Positions 36,819 through 46,600 of a stretch of DNA of 64,000 bases are shown piece by piece. Every line of letters starts with the position of its first letter. Positions within the stretch are counted from its first letter, which is position 1. Position numbers and translations under genes: made by a program. The stretch lies in assembly GCA_965221775.1 (NCBI GenBank), contig CBDCSU010000005.1:224001-288000 (forward strand), written 5' to 3'. This stretch comes from Candidatus Latescibacterota bacterium (GTDB lineage: Bacteria > Latescibacterota > UBA2968 > UBA8231). Below the pieces are notes generated by a model that was given only the letters and a program-made list of their open reading frames with translations, ran no database searches and was not told the origin of the DNA.

Positions 36819-39033
36819 GCGCCGGGCCTGGGGGGCCGTCCAGGGCTTGGCGCAGGCGCGAGGCCAGGTTGGTGTTCCGCCGGGCGGGGCGGTCGTTCTC
36901 GATGGCCCGCCGCAGGGCGCGCTGGCTGCCGATGAGGACGAAGAGCTCCCGGGCCCGGGTGACGGCGGTGTAGAGCAGGTTGCGCTGCAGCATCGGGTAG
37001 TGCTGGGTCGTCAGGGGCAGGACGACGGCCGGGAACTCCGAGCCCTGGGAACGGTGGATGCTGATGGCGTAGGCCATGCTCAGCTGGTCGAGCTCGGCCA
37101 GCTCGTAGCGCTGCACGCCGCCGTCGTCGAAGACGACCTCGGCGAAGGACTCCTCCCCCGTCTCCAGGCGGCCGATGCGCCCCAGGTCGCCGTTGAAGAC
37201 CCCCTTGTCGTAGTTGTTGCGCACCTGCATCACCCGGTCCCCCTCGCGCAGCTCGCGATCGCCGATGGCGTGGGCCTTGCGCCCCGGGTTCAGGCGCTCC
37301 TGGAGCTGGCGGTTGAGCTGCAGGGCGCCGGTCTCGCCGCGGTACATCGGGGTCAGGACCTGGACCTGCCGCATGGGGTCGAGGTCCCGGCCCTGCGGCA
37401 GGCGGCGGGCCACGAGGTCCACGAGGCGCTCGGCGGCGCGGGCGGGGTCGTCCTCCTCGACGAAGTAGAAGCCGGAGTCGGCGCGGTTGTCGATCCGGGG
37501 CCACTGGCCCCCGTTGATGCGGTGGGCGTTGCCGACGATGAGGTTGTCGCCGGCCTGGCGGTAGATGTGGCGCAGGCGCGCCACGGGCACGACGCCGGAG
37601 TCGATGACGTCCCCGAGGAGGTTGCCGGGGCCGACCGAGGGCAGCTGGTCGGCGTCGCCCACCAGGACCAGCCGCGCCGCGTCGGGGACGGCCCGCAGCA
37701 GCGCGTTCATCAGGTTGATGTCGATCATGGAGCTCTCGTCGACGATGACCGCCTCCGCCTCGAGGGGCAGGTTGTCGTCGCGGCGGAAGCCGCCCTCCCG
37801 GGGCGCGAACTCGAGGAGCCGGTGGATGGTGCGGGCCTCGCGGCCGGTGGCCTCGGTGAGGCGCTTGGCGGCCCGCCCCGTGGGCGAGCACAGGGCCACC
37901 CGCAGGCCGGAGGCCTCCAGGCGCCCCACGATCTGGCGGGTGATGGTGGTCTTGCCCGTGCCGGGGCCGCCGGTGACGACCAGGACCTTCCCCGCACCCA
38001 CCTGCTCCAGGGCCCATCGCTGGTCCTCTCCCAGGGACGCTTCCTCCTCGGCATCCGCCTCCCCCGCCTCCTTGGCCAGAGGCGGCCCCGGCGAGGTGAG
38101 AAGCCGCTCCAGGGCCCTGGCCACCCCCCGCTCCGCCCGGTGCAGGCGGCGCGGATAGCAGTCCCGCCCCTCCACGACGACGTCCCCCGATTCCCGGAGG
38201 GCCGCAAGCGCCTCCGGCACGCGCCCGGGGTCCACGCCGAGCAGCTCGGCAGCCGCCGGGGCCAGCTCCTCCTCGGGCAGGAAGAGATGGCCCTCGTCGG
38301 CGGCCTCCTCCAGCAGGTAGCGGAGGCCGGCGCGCACGCGCTCCGGGGCGTCGTGCGCGATGCCGAGATCGCCGGCGATGCGGTCCGCCGTCTGGAAGCC
38401 GATGCCGCGCACGTCGCGCTGCAGCCGGTAGGGATCCTGCCGGACGCTGTGGATCGCCTCCTCGCCGTACTGCTGGTAGATGCGCACCGCGTGCCCCGTG
38501 CCGACGCCGTGGGACTGGAGGAAGACCATGACGTCGCGGATGCGCCGCTGCTCCTTCCAGGCCTCGGCGATGGCCCGCGCCCGCTTGCGCCCCAGGCCCT
38601 CGATCTCCAGCAGCCGCCGCGGCTGGGCGTCGATCACCGTGAGGGAGGAGTCGCCGAAACGGGCGACGATGCGCCCCGCCATGACCGGACCGATCCCCTT
38701 GATCAGCCCTGAGCCGAGGTAGCGCTCGATGCCTTCGGCGGTGGCGGGATACGCGGGGATGCACGACTCCACTTGAAGCTGGCGGCCGAAGCGGGGGTGG
38801 AGGTCCCAGCTCCCCTCCAGCTGCACGCTCTCGCCGGCGGAGACGGCCATGGTGCCGACGACGGTGACCGGCTCCCCCTCGCCTTCCGGTTGCAGCCGGG
38901 CGATGGTGTAGCCGTTCTCCGGGTTCTGGAAGGTGATGTGGTCGATGAGCCCCTTGAGACGCACTCCCGTCCCGGGTGCCGGGTCCTCCCGCGCCGCTCT
39001 CCCGGCGCCCTCGAAGAGATCCCCTTCGCTCAC
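36799..39033 (-). CDS. recD2: ATP-dependent RecD2 helicase
   Basis: N-terminal OB and HhH (YL.SGLIKGIG); GGPGTGKT, DESSM, GDADQLPSVG, YAISIHRSQGSE, LYTAVTRA. Confidence 0.93.
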   Translation of the reverse strand: MSEGDLFEGAGRAAREDPAPGTGVRLKGLIDHITFQNPENGYTIARLQPEGEGEPVTVVGTMAVSAGESVQLEGSWDLHPRFGRQLQVESCIPAYPATAEGIERYLGSGLIKGIGPVMAGRIVARFGDSSLTVIDAQPRRLLEIEGLGRKRARAIAEAWKEQRRIRDVMVFLQSHGVGTGHAVRIYQQYGEEAIHSVRQDPYRLQRDVRGIGFQTADRIAGDLGIAHDAPERVRAGLRYLLEEAADEGHLFLPEEELAPAAAELLGVDPGRVPEALAALRESGDVVVEGRDCYPRRLHRAERGVARALERLLTSPGPPLAKEAGEADAEEEASLGEDQRWALEQVGAGKVLVVTGGPGTGKTTITRQIVGRLEASGLRVALCSPTGRAAKRLTEATGREARTIHRLLEFAPREGGFRRDDNLPLEAEAVIVDESSMIDINLMNALLRAVPDAARLVLVGDADQLPSVGPGNLLGDVIDSGVVPVARLRHIYRQAGDNLIVGNAHRINGGQWPRIDNRADSGFYFVEEDDPARAAERLVDLVARRLPQGRDLDPMRQVQVLTPMYRGETGALQLNRQLQERLNPGRKAHAIGDRELREGDRVMQVRNNYDKGVFNGDLGRIGRLETGEESFAEVVFDDGGVQRYELAELDQLSMAYAISIHRSQGSEFPAVVLPLTTQHYPMLQRNLLYTAVTRARELFVLIGSQRALRRAIENDRPARRNTNLASRLRQALDGPPGPAPTASAA

Positions 39034-39656
39034 ATCAAGGCAGGTCGCAGCAGCAGGGTGACGGCCGCCCCGAGGGCGGCGCCGGCCACCAGCTGCGCCG
39101 GTGAGTGGGCCTGCCGCCGCCACCGGGCCCACCCCGCCGCCAGGGGCAACAGCGCGCACAGGGGCCACCACGCGGCTTCCACGAGGGTGGCCGCCAGCGC
39201 CGCCCCCCCTCCGGCGCCGGTGGTGTGGATGCTGATCTTCCAGCGGCGGTTCACCAGGCCGACGCCGGCGGCGCCCACGGCGAAGGAGGCCGCCGCCCAG
39301 CGCTGCACCGGCGGCATCTGCAGCCCCTGGAGGAGCGCGAAGCCCACCGCGTAGCAGAGGGTCCCGACGAGCAGGAACCGCCTGCGCAGAGGGCGGGGGG
39401 GATCGTAGATGTCGTCGACTCCCCCGCCCCTGGCCAGCCAGCCGAGGAGGGCCGCGGGGCCGATGGAGAACAGCAGGATGGCCAGGGCCTTGCCCCACGC
39501 CGCCGACAGGGGATCGTCCCCGGCGGGCAGCCACAGGAAGACGATCAGGGCGAGGGCCGGCGGACTGAGGAGATGGGTGATCCAGCGCGCGGCCCCGTCG
39601 GCCCCGGTCTCCCGGCGGGCCGTTCCCGGGCGCGATCGATCGGCCGCGGCTCTCAC
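39030..39656 (-). CDS. PAP2-like membrane protein
   Basis: About 6 TM helices; WKISIH and WAR....HS..QL..G motifs; GTG start inferred. Confidence 0.65.
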   Translation of the reverse strand: MRAAADRSRPGTARRETGADGAARWITHLLSPPALALIVFLWLPAGDDPLSAAWGKALAILLFSIGPAALLGWLARGGGVDDIYDPPRPLRRRFLLVGTLCYAVGFALLQGLQMPPVQRWAAASFAVGAAGVGLVNRRWKISIHTTGAGGGAALAATLVEAAWWPLCALLPLAAGWARWRRQAHSPAQLVAGAALGAAVTLLLRPALM

Positions 39657-39691
39657 ACCTCCGTCCCCGCCGTCACCCCCGGGCCGGGCCC

Positions 39692-40129
39692 TCACCGCTT
39701 CCACTTCTTGCCGCTGGCATCCTTCCCTCTCCTGGCACCCCCGGAACCCGCTTTCCGGGCGCTCTCCACGAGGAAGCCGATGAACCGCTTCTGACCGAGG
39801 GTCTTCAGGTAGGAGAGCAGGGAAACCTCCGCCTCCTTGCGGTCGAGCTTGTAGCGGTCCCGGAGGCCTTCGATCATGTCGGCCACGGAGTTGCGGCCGT
39901 CGCACATCTGCCAGACCTGGGCGCCCACCTCATCGAGGGTGATGGTCCGCTTCTCGGGGATGTAGAAGAGCTTCGACAGGAGTCGGGTCTTCCAGGTCTC
40001 CTGCCGGGTCACCGTGATCCGGACCTCACCCTCCTCGGTCTTCTCCCACGCCAGCAACTCGTTGCGGGCCGGCCGCGACTCCAGCATGGCGTCCCGCGTC
40101 AGCCGCGGCTTCTTCTTCGTGGCAAACAT
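39692..40129 (-). CDS. Stand-alone PqqD-family (RiPP recognition element) protein
   Basis: LDEVGAQVWQMCDG..SV..MI..L...Y......AE.SL..YL..L..K.FI winged-helix signature; ATG at 40129. Confidence 0.85.
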   Translation of the reverse strand: MFATKKKPRLTRDAMLESRPARNELLAWEKTEEGEVRITVTRQETWKTRLLSKLFYIPEKRTITLDEVGAQVWQMCDGRNSVADMIEGLRDRYKLDRKEAEVSLLSYLKTLGQKRFIGFLVESARKAGSGGARRGKDASGKKWKR

Positions 40130-41144
40130 ATCCGTCAATGACCTCGTCGAGGGTGTCGCCGCCCTGCTCGCTCTTCTTGAACAGATGCTCGACGATGCAG
40201 ATGCGATTCTGGTCGGGGCAGTGCCACACGGCGCCCCGCAGGTGGCGCCTCGGCCTCGGGTTGACGAAGGGCAGGGGCCGCAGCACCTGGCGCCAGCGGC
40301 TCTGGGGCCGCCCGGTGACACTCAGGCCTTCGTGGCCCCGGAAGTCGGACCGGGCGATCTCGTGGTTCACGTCGCGCAGGTCCTTGCGGAAGAAGGAGGG
40401 GTACCAGTCGGAAAGGTTGGTCCCCTTCAGCAGCATGTGGGCCATGCTCAGCCGGTGCACGCGCAGGACCTGGGCGCCGCCGTCCTTCTCGAAGGTCATC
40501 TTCACGTGGCCCGACTTCAACTCCTTCTCGGTGAGCTCGAAGTCGGCGGGGGCGTGGAAGGTGAGGCCGTACAGGCTCCAGTACTGCAACTTGCCGCGCG
40601 GGTGGTCCTCGAGGGTGGGCAGGACCTCGTTCACCAGGCCGATCGCGCCGACGCCGTCGTCCTTTGCCGCCAGCACCCGCAAAAGCACGATGCGGCCGCA
40701 GTCCGGACAGGCGCGGGCCAGGTTGTAGGCCCGGTAGTCGGCCTCCCAGATGAAGGTCTCGTACTCGCTTCCCTCGAGCCAGCGCTTGTCCTGGAGGAAC
40801 TTGGCGCGCCGCTCGACGCGCAACTCCATGCCCGCCTTGTCGGCCTTCTTCTGCAGCTGGGAGATATAGCGGCTTACGAGATCCTCCACGGGCCGGCGGA
40901 TGCCCCGCTTGGGAGGCGCCCGCCACTCGACCTCGGCCCGCACCATGCGCGTGTCGTCGAGGCGGGCGTAGCCGCTGGCGGCGTCGCCGTCGACCCGGCC
41001 CATCTCCCACTCCTCCGGGACGCGCAGACGGATCCCCTGCCAGCCGAAGTCGTAACGCCGGCCCCCCCCGGCCTGGGATGTCCCCGCAGGCTGCCGGGCC
41101 GGGGCCCCGCCTTCCACGGCCGGCAGTCCGTCGCTCGCGGACAT
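40026..41144 (-). CDS. Conserved hypothetical protein with internal duplication (PsbP/DcrB-like halves)
   Basis: Two halves: WQGIRLRVPEEWE...CPDCGR...EDH and LYGLTFHAPADFE...CPDQNR...VCH. Confidence 0.7.
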   Translation of the reverse strand: MSASDGLPAVEGGAPARQPAGTSQAGGGRRYDFGWQGIRLRVPEEWEMGRVDGDAASGYARLDDTRMVRAEVEWRAPPKRGIRRPVEDLVSRYISQLQKKADKAGMELRVERRAKFLQDKRWLEGSEYETFIWEADYRAYNLARACPDCGRIVLLRVLAAKDDGVGAIGLVNEVLPTLEDHPRGKLQYWSLYGLTFHAPADFELTEKELKSGHVKMTFEKDGGAQVLRVHRLSMAHMLLKGTNLSDWYPSFFRKDLRDVNHEIARSDFRGHEGLSVTGRPQSRWRQVLRPLPFVNPRPRRHLRGAVWHCPDQNRICIVEHLFKKSEQGGDTLDEVIDGYVCHEEEAAADAGRHAGVAAGPQRVAGVGEDRGG

Positions 41145-41168
41145 GGACCCTTTCCGACCCGGGCCCGG

Positions 41169-43649
41169 CTAGAAGATGAGGACCGACACCGACTTCTGGA
41201 TCAGGGCGATGGAGATCGACGCCATGCCCATGAGCGCCATGCCGCAGGCGAAGCCGACGGCGAGGACGGGCGCATAGGTGCGCCACTGTTGTCGTCCGTA
41301 GCGGTTCCAGAAGTAGTACCGGGCCAGCATGGCGCCGATGACTTCGGTGATCATCCAGTGGGGGATCGTCGTCAGGGCGCGCACGTAGCCGAAGACGAGG
41401 AGGATGGGCAGCCCGAAGGCCGACAGGAGGATGTAGCTGCCCAGGCCGACGACGGTCCCGGCGACGATGAGGTTCGGCTTGATGGCGCGGAAGAGCCAGG
41501 GCTCGTCGGTGGAGCGCTGGATCCAGGGGCTGGTGAAGTTCGGGTCGGTGTCGACGGCGAAGTAGTACTCCCAGCCGGCGGGCAAGGTCTGGGCGCTGGA
41601 GGCGAGGAGGGCTGGGCGAGGCGTGTCGACGACGCCGATCACCGGTTTCTCGCCCTCGACCAGCTCGGGGATGCGGTCCGGCGTGGCCACGGCGTCGCGG
41701 ATCAGGTCGGCGGCGTGGGGCAGGCCCGCGGCAGCCGGGCCTTCGGCGCGCACCTCGTAGCCTCCGGCCGGCGCCGCCTTCTCCAGGGCGCCGGGAGGCA
41801 GGGTCGGAACGTCTTCGGGCATACCCTCGCCGAAATGGGTGTAGAAGGCGCGCTTCTCGGACCAGGGGCCGGCCTCGCCGAGCTTGCCCTGCGACTCGAT
41901 CCACTTGCTGTCGGCGGCGCGCACGCGCCAGTACCACCACTCCCCCTCCACCAGGTTCGACGGCACCCAGGTGGCGCTGTTGCGCTCCGGCGACTCCTTC
42001 AGCTCGCTCTTCAGGGTGCCGGTGAACCAGATGCAGGTCTGCAGGGCCCGCAGGCGCCACATGACCTGGGCATAGGGGTACGAGGCCGAGGGGATGGGCG
42101 CCAGCTTCCAGATGTAGGAGGAGTAGAGGAATGTGGCGAAGAGGACGATGGGCACCATCACCAACTCGGCCTTGATGATGCTCGTGAACTTGGTGCCCGT
42201 GAGCTCGATCTCGCGGAACTTCTGGGTCTGGGAGCCGTAGTTGCCCAGCGGGAAGGGCATGAACCAGATGTCCACGCCCTGGTACCCGGAGAGGATGATC
42301 GTCGCCTCGCGCACGTAGGGGATCTCGATCGTCTGCCCCACCATGCCCACGAGGCGCGCGTTGACGAAGGACTGGAACGGCGTCAGCACGAACCCGAAGA
42401 ACAGGAAGAACCAGATGAACTGGTGGAAGGCGGGCAGGAAGATCCAGGCGATGACGATGAGGCCGGCGGCGGTCAGCCCGTACAGGGTCAGGGCGATCCA
42501 CATGGGGAAGTCGCCGCGCCCTTCGGGCACCGCCCAGGAACCGCCCCCTCCGCCGGAGGCCCTGGCGGCGGCGGCGTTTCGCAGCCCCTGCACGACCTGC
42601 CAGATGCCGATGAGGGCGATGGCGATGGTCGTGCCGATGCCGAAGCTCATCCAGAAGTCGACGGAGTTGACGAAGAAGGTCTCGATGGCGCCCATGCCGG
42701 GCTGCCAGATCTGCAGGTAGCCGAGGTCGTAGAGGATCGGGTTGGCCACCGAGTGGGCGACGACGCCGAGGAAAGTGCCCATGACCCCCCAGAAAGGCAT
42801 GACGAGGCCGGCGAAGATCGGCCCCAGGTGGGCGGTGAACCCGAGGGGGGTGGCGGGGATGAAGTTGCCCGTGACCTGCGTGAAGTCGACGAAGGGAATG
42901 GGGATCAGCTGGATCGGCTTGGTGAGCAGGGAGCCGGAGATCGCCGGGATCGCCACGTACAAGGTGCCGAAGACGAGGCCGATCATGGCCCCGGCGGAGA
43001 ACGCCCTCCAGCGCCACGACTCCACCCCCTGGGTGGTCTCGGCCAGGGCCGTGGCCCCCTGGGCGGCGACGGGCGCGAAGGGGAAGGGCAGGCGCTCGTA
43101 GTCGGAGTTCAGCCGGAAGAGGGCATAGGCCATGGTGAACCACGAGACCCGCGAGATCACGAACTGCGCCAGCAGCAGCGAGATGGGGATGATCCAGTCG
43201 GTGTGCAGGAAGGTCCGCTGCAGCAGCGCCGGCGACTCCAGGGGCGGCGCCCACCAGTCCGGGATCAGGTTGGCGATGCCGAACTGCTGCGCCGGCGGCG
43301 ACTGGCGCAGGTACTGGTTCCACAGCAGCCCCTCGAAGGCGCCGGTCTCGGCGGCGATCAGTCCCGCCGCCACGTAGTAGAGGACGTACACCTCCTGGCG
43401 CGTCAGGGAGGTGAAGGAGCGCTTGGTGATCTCGGCGAAGAGGATGATCGTCACCCACTCCGCCGCGGCGCCGAGGGAACCGCCCACCATGAGGCTGAGG
43501 TACATGTTCCCCGGGATCATGACGAAGGCGACGAAGAACACGCCGAGGATCGCCTTGCGCGTGAAGCCGTCCTCGAACTCGGTGGGCGTCTCGAGGAGGT
43601 CGCGGTACTCTTCGACTTCCTGGTTGGCGTTGCTCTTGCGTCTCAGCAT
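41169..43649 (-). CDS. OPT-like (oligopeptide transporter superfamily) membrane protein with inserted soluble domain
   Basis: Many TM helices; N-terminal GFT.KAILG..F...MIPGNMYL.L..G, L.FP.APV.A, WKLAPIPSA.YP; hydrophilic insert near the C-terminus. Confidence 0.7.
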   Translation of the reverse strand: MLRRKSNANQEVEEYRDLLETPTEFEDGFTRKAILGVFFVAFVMIPGNMYLSLMVGGSLGAAAEWVTIILFAEITKRSFTSLTRQEVYVLYYVAAGLIAAETGAFEGLLWNQYLRQSPPAQQFGIANLIPDWWAPPLESPALLQRTFLHTDWIIPISLLLAQFVISRVSWFTMAYALFRLNSDYERLPFPFAPVAAQGATALAETTQGVESWRWRAFSAGAMIGLVFGTLYVAIPAISGSLLTKPIQLIPIPFVDFTQVTGNFIPATPLGFTAHLGPIFAGLVMPFWGVMGTFLGVVAHSVANPILYDLGYLQIWQPGMGAIETFFVNSVDFWMSFGIGTTIAIALIGIWQVVQGLRNAAAARASGGGGGSWAVPEGRGDFPMWIALTLYGLTAAGLIVIAWIFLPAFHQFIWFFLFFGFVLTPFQSFVNARLVGMVGQTIEIPYVREATIILSGYQGVDIWFMPFPLGNYGSQTQKFREIELTGTKFTSIIKAELVMVPIVLFATFLYSSYIWKLAPIPSASYPYAQVMWRLRALQTCIWFTGTLKSELKESPERNSATWVPSNLVEGEWWYWRVRAADSKWIESQGKLGEAGPWSEKRAFYTHFGEGMPEDVPTLPPGALEKAAPAGGYEVRAEGPAAAGLPHAADLIRDAVATPDRIPELVEGEKPVIGVVDTPRPALLASSAQTLPAGWEYYFAVDTDPNFTSPWIQRSTDEPWLFRAIKPNLIVAGTVVGLGSYILLSAFGLPILLVFGYVRALTTIPHWMITEVIGAMLARYYFWNRYGRQQWRTYAPVLAVGFACGMALMGMASISIALIQKSVSVLIF

Positions 43650-43668
43650 GCTCGAGAGGGGGCGCGGT

Positions 43669-46600
43669 TCAGGCGGAGACGGAGCCGGCGGGGGCGCCGG
43701 AGAGCAGTTCCTGTCCCTGGCTCCGGTAGGCCTCCTTGGCCTCGGCGTCGACGGTGCGCCAGATGAGGAACTGCTTGCGGATGACGTTCATGAAACGCTG
43801 GTTGACGCGCCGCCACGAGGCGTCCTCGCCGCTCAGGCGCCGGATGTCGAGCTGGATCTGGTAGATGTTGTGCTCGGACTCGGGCAGGGCGCGGATGACG
43901 ACGTGCTGGCTCACCCCCAGGTCGAAGGGCGCCAGCCAGATGTTCATGTCGATGGTGTAGCCCTCGCCGTACTCGGAGTCGAGGCGGCCCAGCTTGGCGC
44001 CGTCGGTGTAGAAGGTCCCGATCGACTCCTCGGAGTAGGAGTCGAAGTAGCCGATGAGGAAGACCGACAGGCCGAGGACGTCGCGCCCCGCCACGGTGAA
44101 GGGGAACTCGAAGTGCCAGTCGTCCCCTTCGGGCCGCGGCAGCCGCCAGCGGCGGGTCACGTCGGGGACCGCCATCTGCGACGCCCGGCGCGCCGGGTAG
44201 ATGGTGGAGAGCATGACCACCGCCATCACCAGGATGCAGGAGAGCACCGCCGACAGGGACGAGTAGTTGAGGGTGAAGCCGGTGACCACCCCGAGCTGGG
44301 TGAGCAGGGTCGCCGTGATCTGACCGACGAGGTAGCCGGCCACCACCCCGAGGACCGAGTAGACGCAGGACTCGGCCATGAACAGCCAGGCGATGTGCCC
44401 CGGCGCCAGGCCCACGGAGGAGTAGATGCCGATCTCGCGGAAGCGCTCGTAGACGCTGCCCATCATCGTGTTGAGGACGATGAGGGCGGCGATGAGGATC
44501 GGCACGAAGAGGTTGGCCACCCCCGACAGCGAGGTCATGCCCAGGGAGCTGTAGATCGACACCTTGATGTAGTCGTCGCCCGGCTCCTGGATGCCGGCGA
44601 AGAGGGTCACCGCCAGGCGCGACAGGAACTGCTCGATCTCGGCGCGCTCGTCGACGCCCTCGTCGAAACGGATCGCCACCGACTGCAGGGGATTGCCGCT
44701 GCCCACGTTGCGCAGCGTGTGGTACGGCAGGATCAGGGTGTTGGCCGGCTCCAGGTGGACGAAGGGCTTGATCACCACCTGCGCGTCCTCGAGGCCCTGC
44801 TTCTCCCGCTGCTCCTCCTCGGCGATCTCCTGCACCGCCTGGCCGCCGGTGACGGCGAAGTCGGCGGGCGTCATCGTCTCGTCGTCGAGATCCTTCAGCT
44901 CCTTCATGCGCGTGGAGTTGATGATGCCGATGACGGTGAACCGCTCGCCGAAGACGCGCACCGTGACGCCGCCGGCGTCGACCTCGCCCATGTCGATGCC
45001 GAGCTTGTCGGCCCCGAGCATGTCGTTCGGCAGGATGCAGACCCTCTCTTCGCCCTCCCGGAACCAGCGCCCCGCCAGCAGGGCCTGGTCGAGGCCGGTC
45101 ACATCGGTCTCGGACGGGGTCAGGCCGAGGACGCCGAGGGCGTTATGGGCATCCTCGCCGTACTTGATCTTGATGTGGGCCTTCTTCTGGTTGTCGTACC
45201 AGCTCCGCGGCGCGATGGCGGCCCGGCCGCCGAAGTTGCTGTGGGCGTACTCGAGGACCGACTCCTCCAGCGGCGTCCACGCCTTGCTGCGGATCAGCAG
45301 GCCCTCGTAGAGCCCCTCGTTGTCGCGCTCGATCTGGTTGTAGCGCAGCGCCGTCTGGATGGACGTGAAGGACAGGACCGTGAAGGTGAGCAGCAGCAGG
45401 GTGACGAAGGTCAGCGCCGTGCGCAGCTTGCGGCGCTTCATGTTGGAGATGCCCAGGAGGAAGGCGGTGAGGGAGGCGCTGGAGCGGCTCACGTCGGTGT
45501 CGTGAATGACCGCCACCTCGGTGCGCAGCTTCTTCATCTGCTCGTTGAAGCGGCCGGAGATGATCCACATGACGAGGGCCGCGAGGACGAGGATGACGAA
45601 GGCCAGGAGAATGACGAAGGGGTTGGACAGCTCGAAGGCCGGGTGGACGAAGGAGAGGACGATCCAGATGACGAGGAAGATGCCGGCGAAGCCCATGATC
45701 TGGCGCTGGATCGTGGCGGCGGTGATCAGCAGGCGCTCGGCGAAGTAGGCGCAGGGCAGGACCAGGGCCATGAAGAAGATGATGCCCTGGATCACGTCGT
45801 TCTGGGTCGACTTGACGTCGGGATAGGCCCGCGACTCCAGGCCGATGGCGGAGCGCGTGTGGCGCACGAACTCGCTCCACTCCTTGCGCTCCAGGGCCGC
45901 CGCCGCCCGTTCCAGCTCCCCCCGGGCGCGTTCGTGCAGGTCGTTCAGACGCTGGTTCTCGATGGCGAAACTCCGCAGCTCGCGCATGCGGGCCTCGTCG
46001 AGGGTCCACATGTCACGGGCCGACTGGTAGGAGGTTCGCGCGAAGGAGGACCCCGGCTCCATGGCGAAACCCGCCCCCAGGGCCTCCTCCTTGTCGTCCG
46101 GGTTCTCGGAGTTCAGCAGCAGGGAGCGGAAGCCGAGAATGCCGGCGCCGAAGCCCATTTTCACCAGGGCCCCCGGACGGGCGAAGAGCACGCCCACCGG
46201 CTCGTCCTTGGCCGAGGGGCCCTCCCCGATGGTGTATCCGTACTCCACGGGGGAGGCGTTGGTCTCGTCGAAGACGGTGACCTCGGAGAGCTTGGTGAGG
46301 TAGCGGGGGTCGACGATGTCGAAGAAGTTGAAGGCGTGACACGGGAAGAGGACGACCATCCACTCCTTGTCGCGCCAGTCCATCTTGATCAGCATCGGGT
46401 AGGCCTGGTCGCCCTGGATGCCGCGGTCGGGCGCGTAGCTGACCCGTCCGGTGGCCGGGTCCATGCGGTAGCCCTCCACCTGGACCTGCTCGACGCGGAT
46501 GCGGTTGACGAAAAAGGCGCCGTCGCCGTCGACGACCTCGAAGTACTCGCCGCGCACGCCCTTGTAGGACTTCTTCTTGCCGTTGCGCACGACGCCGACG

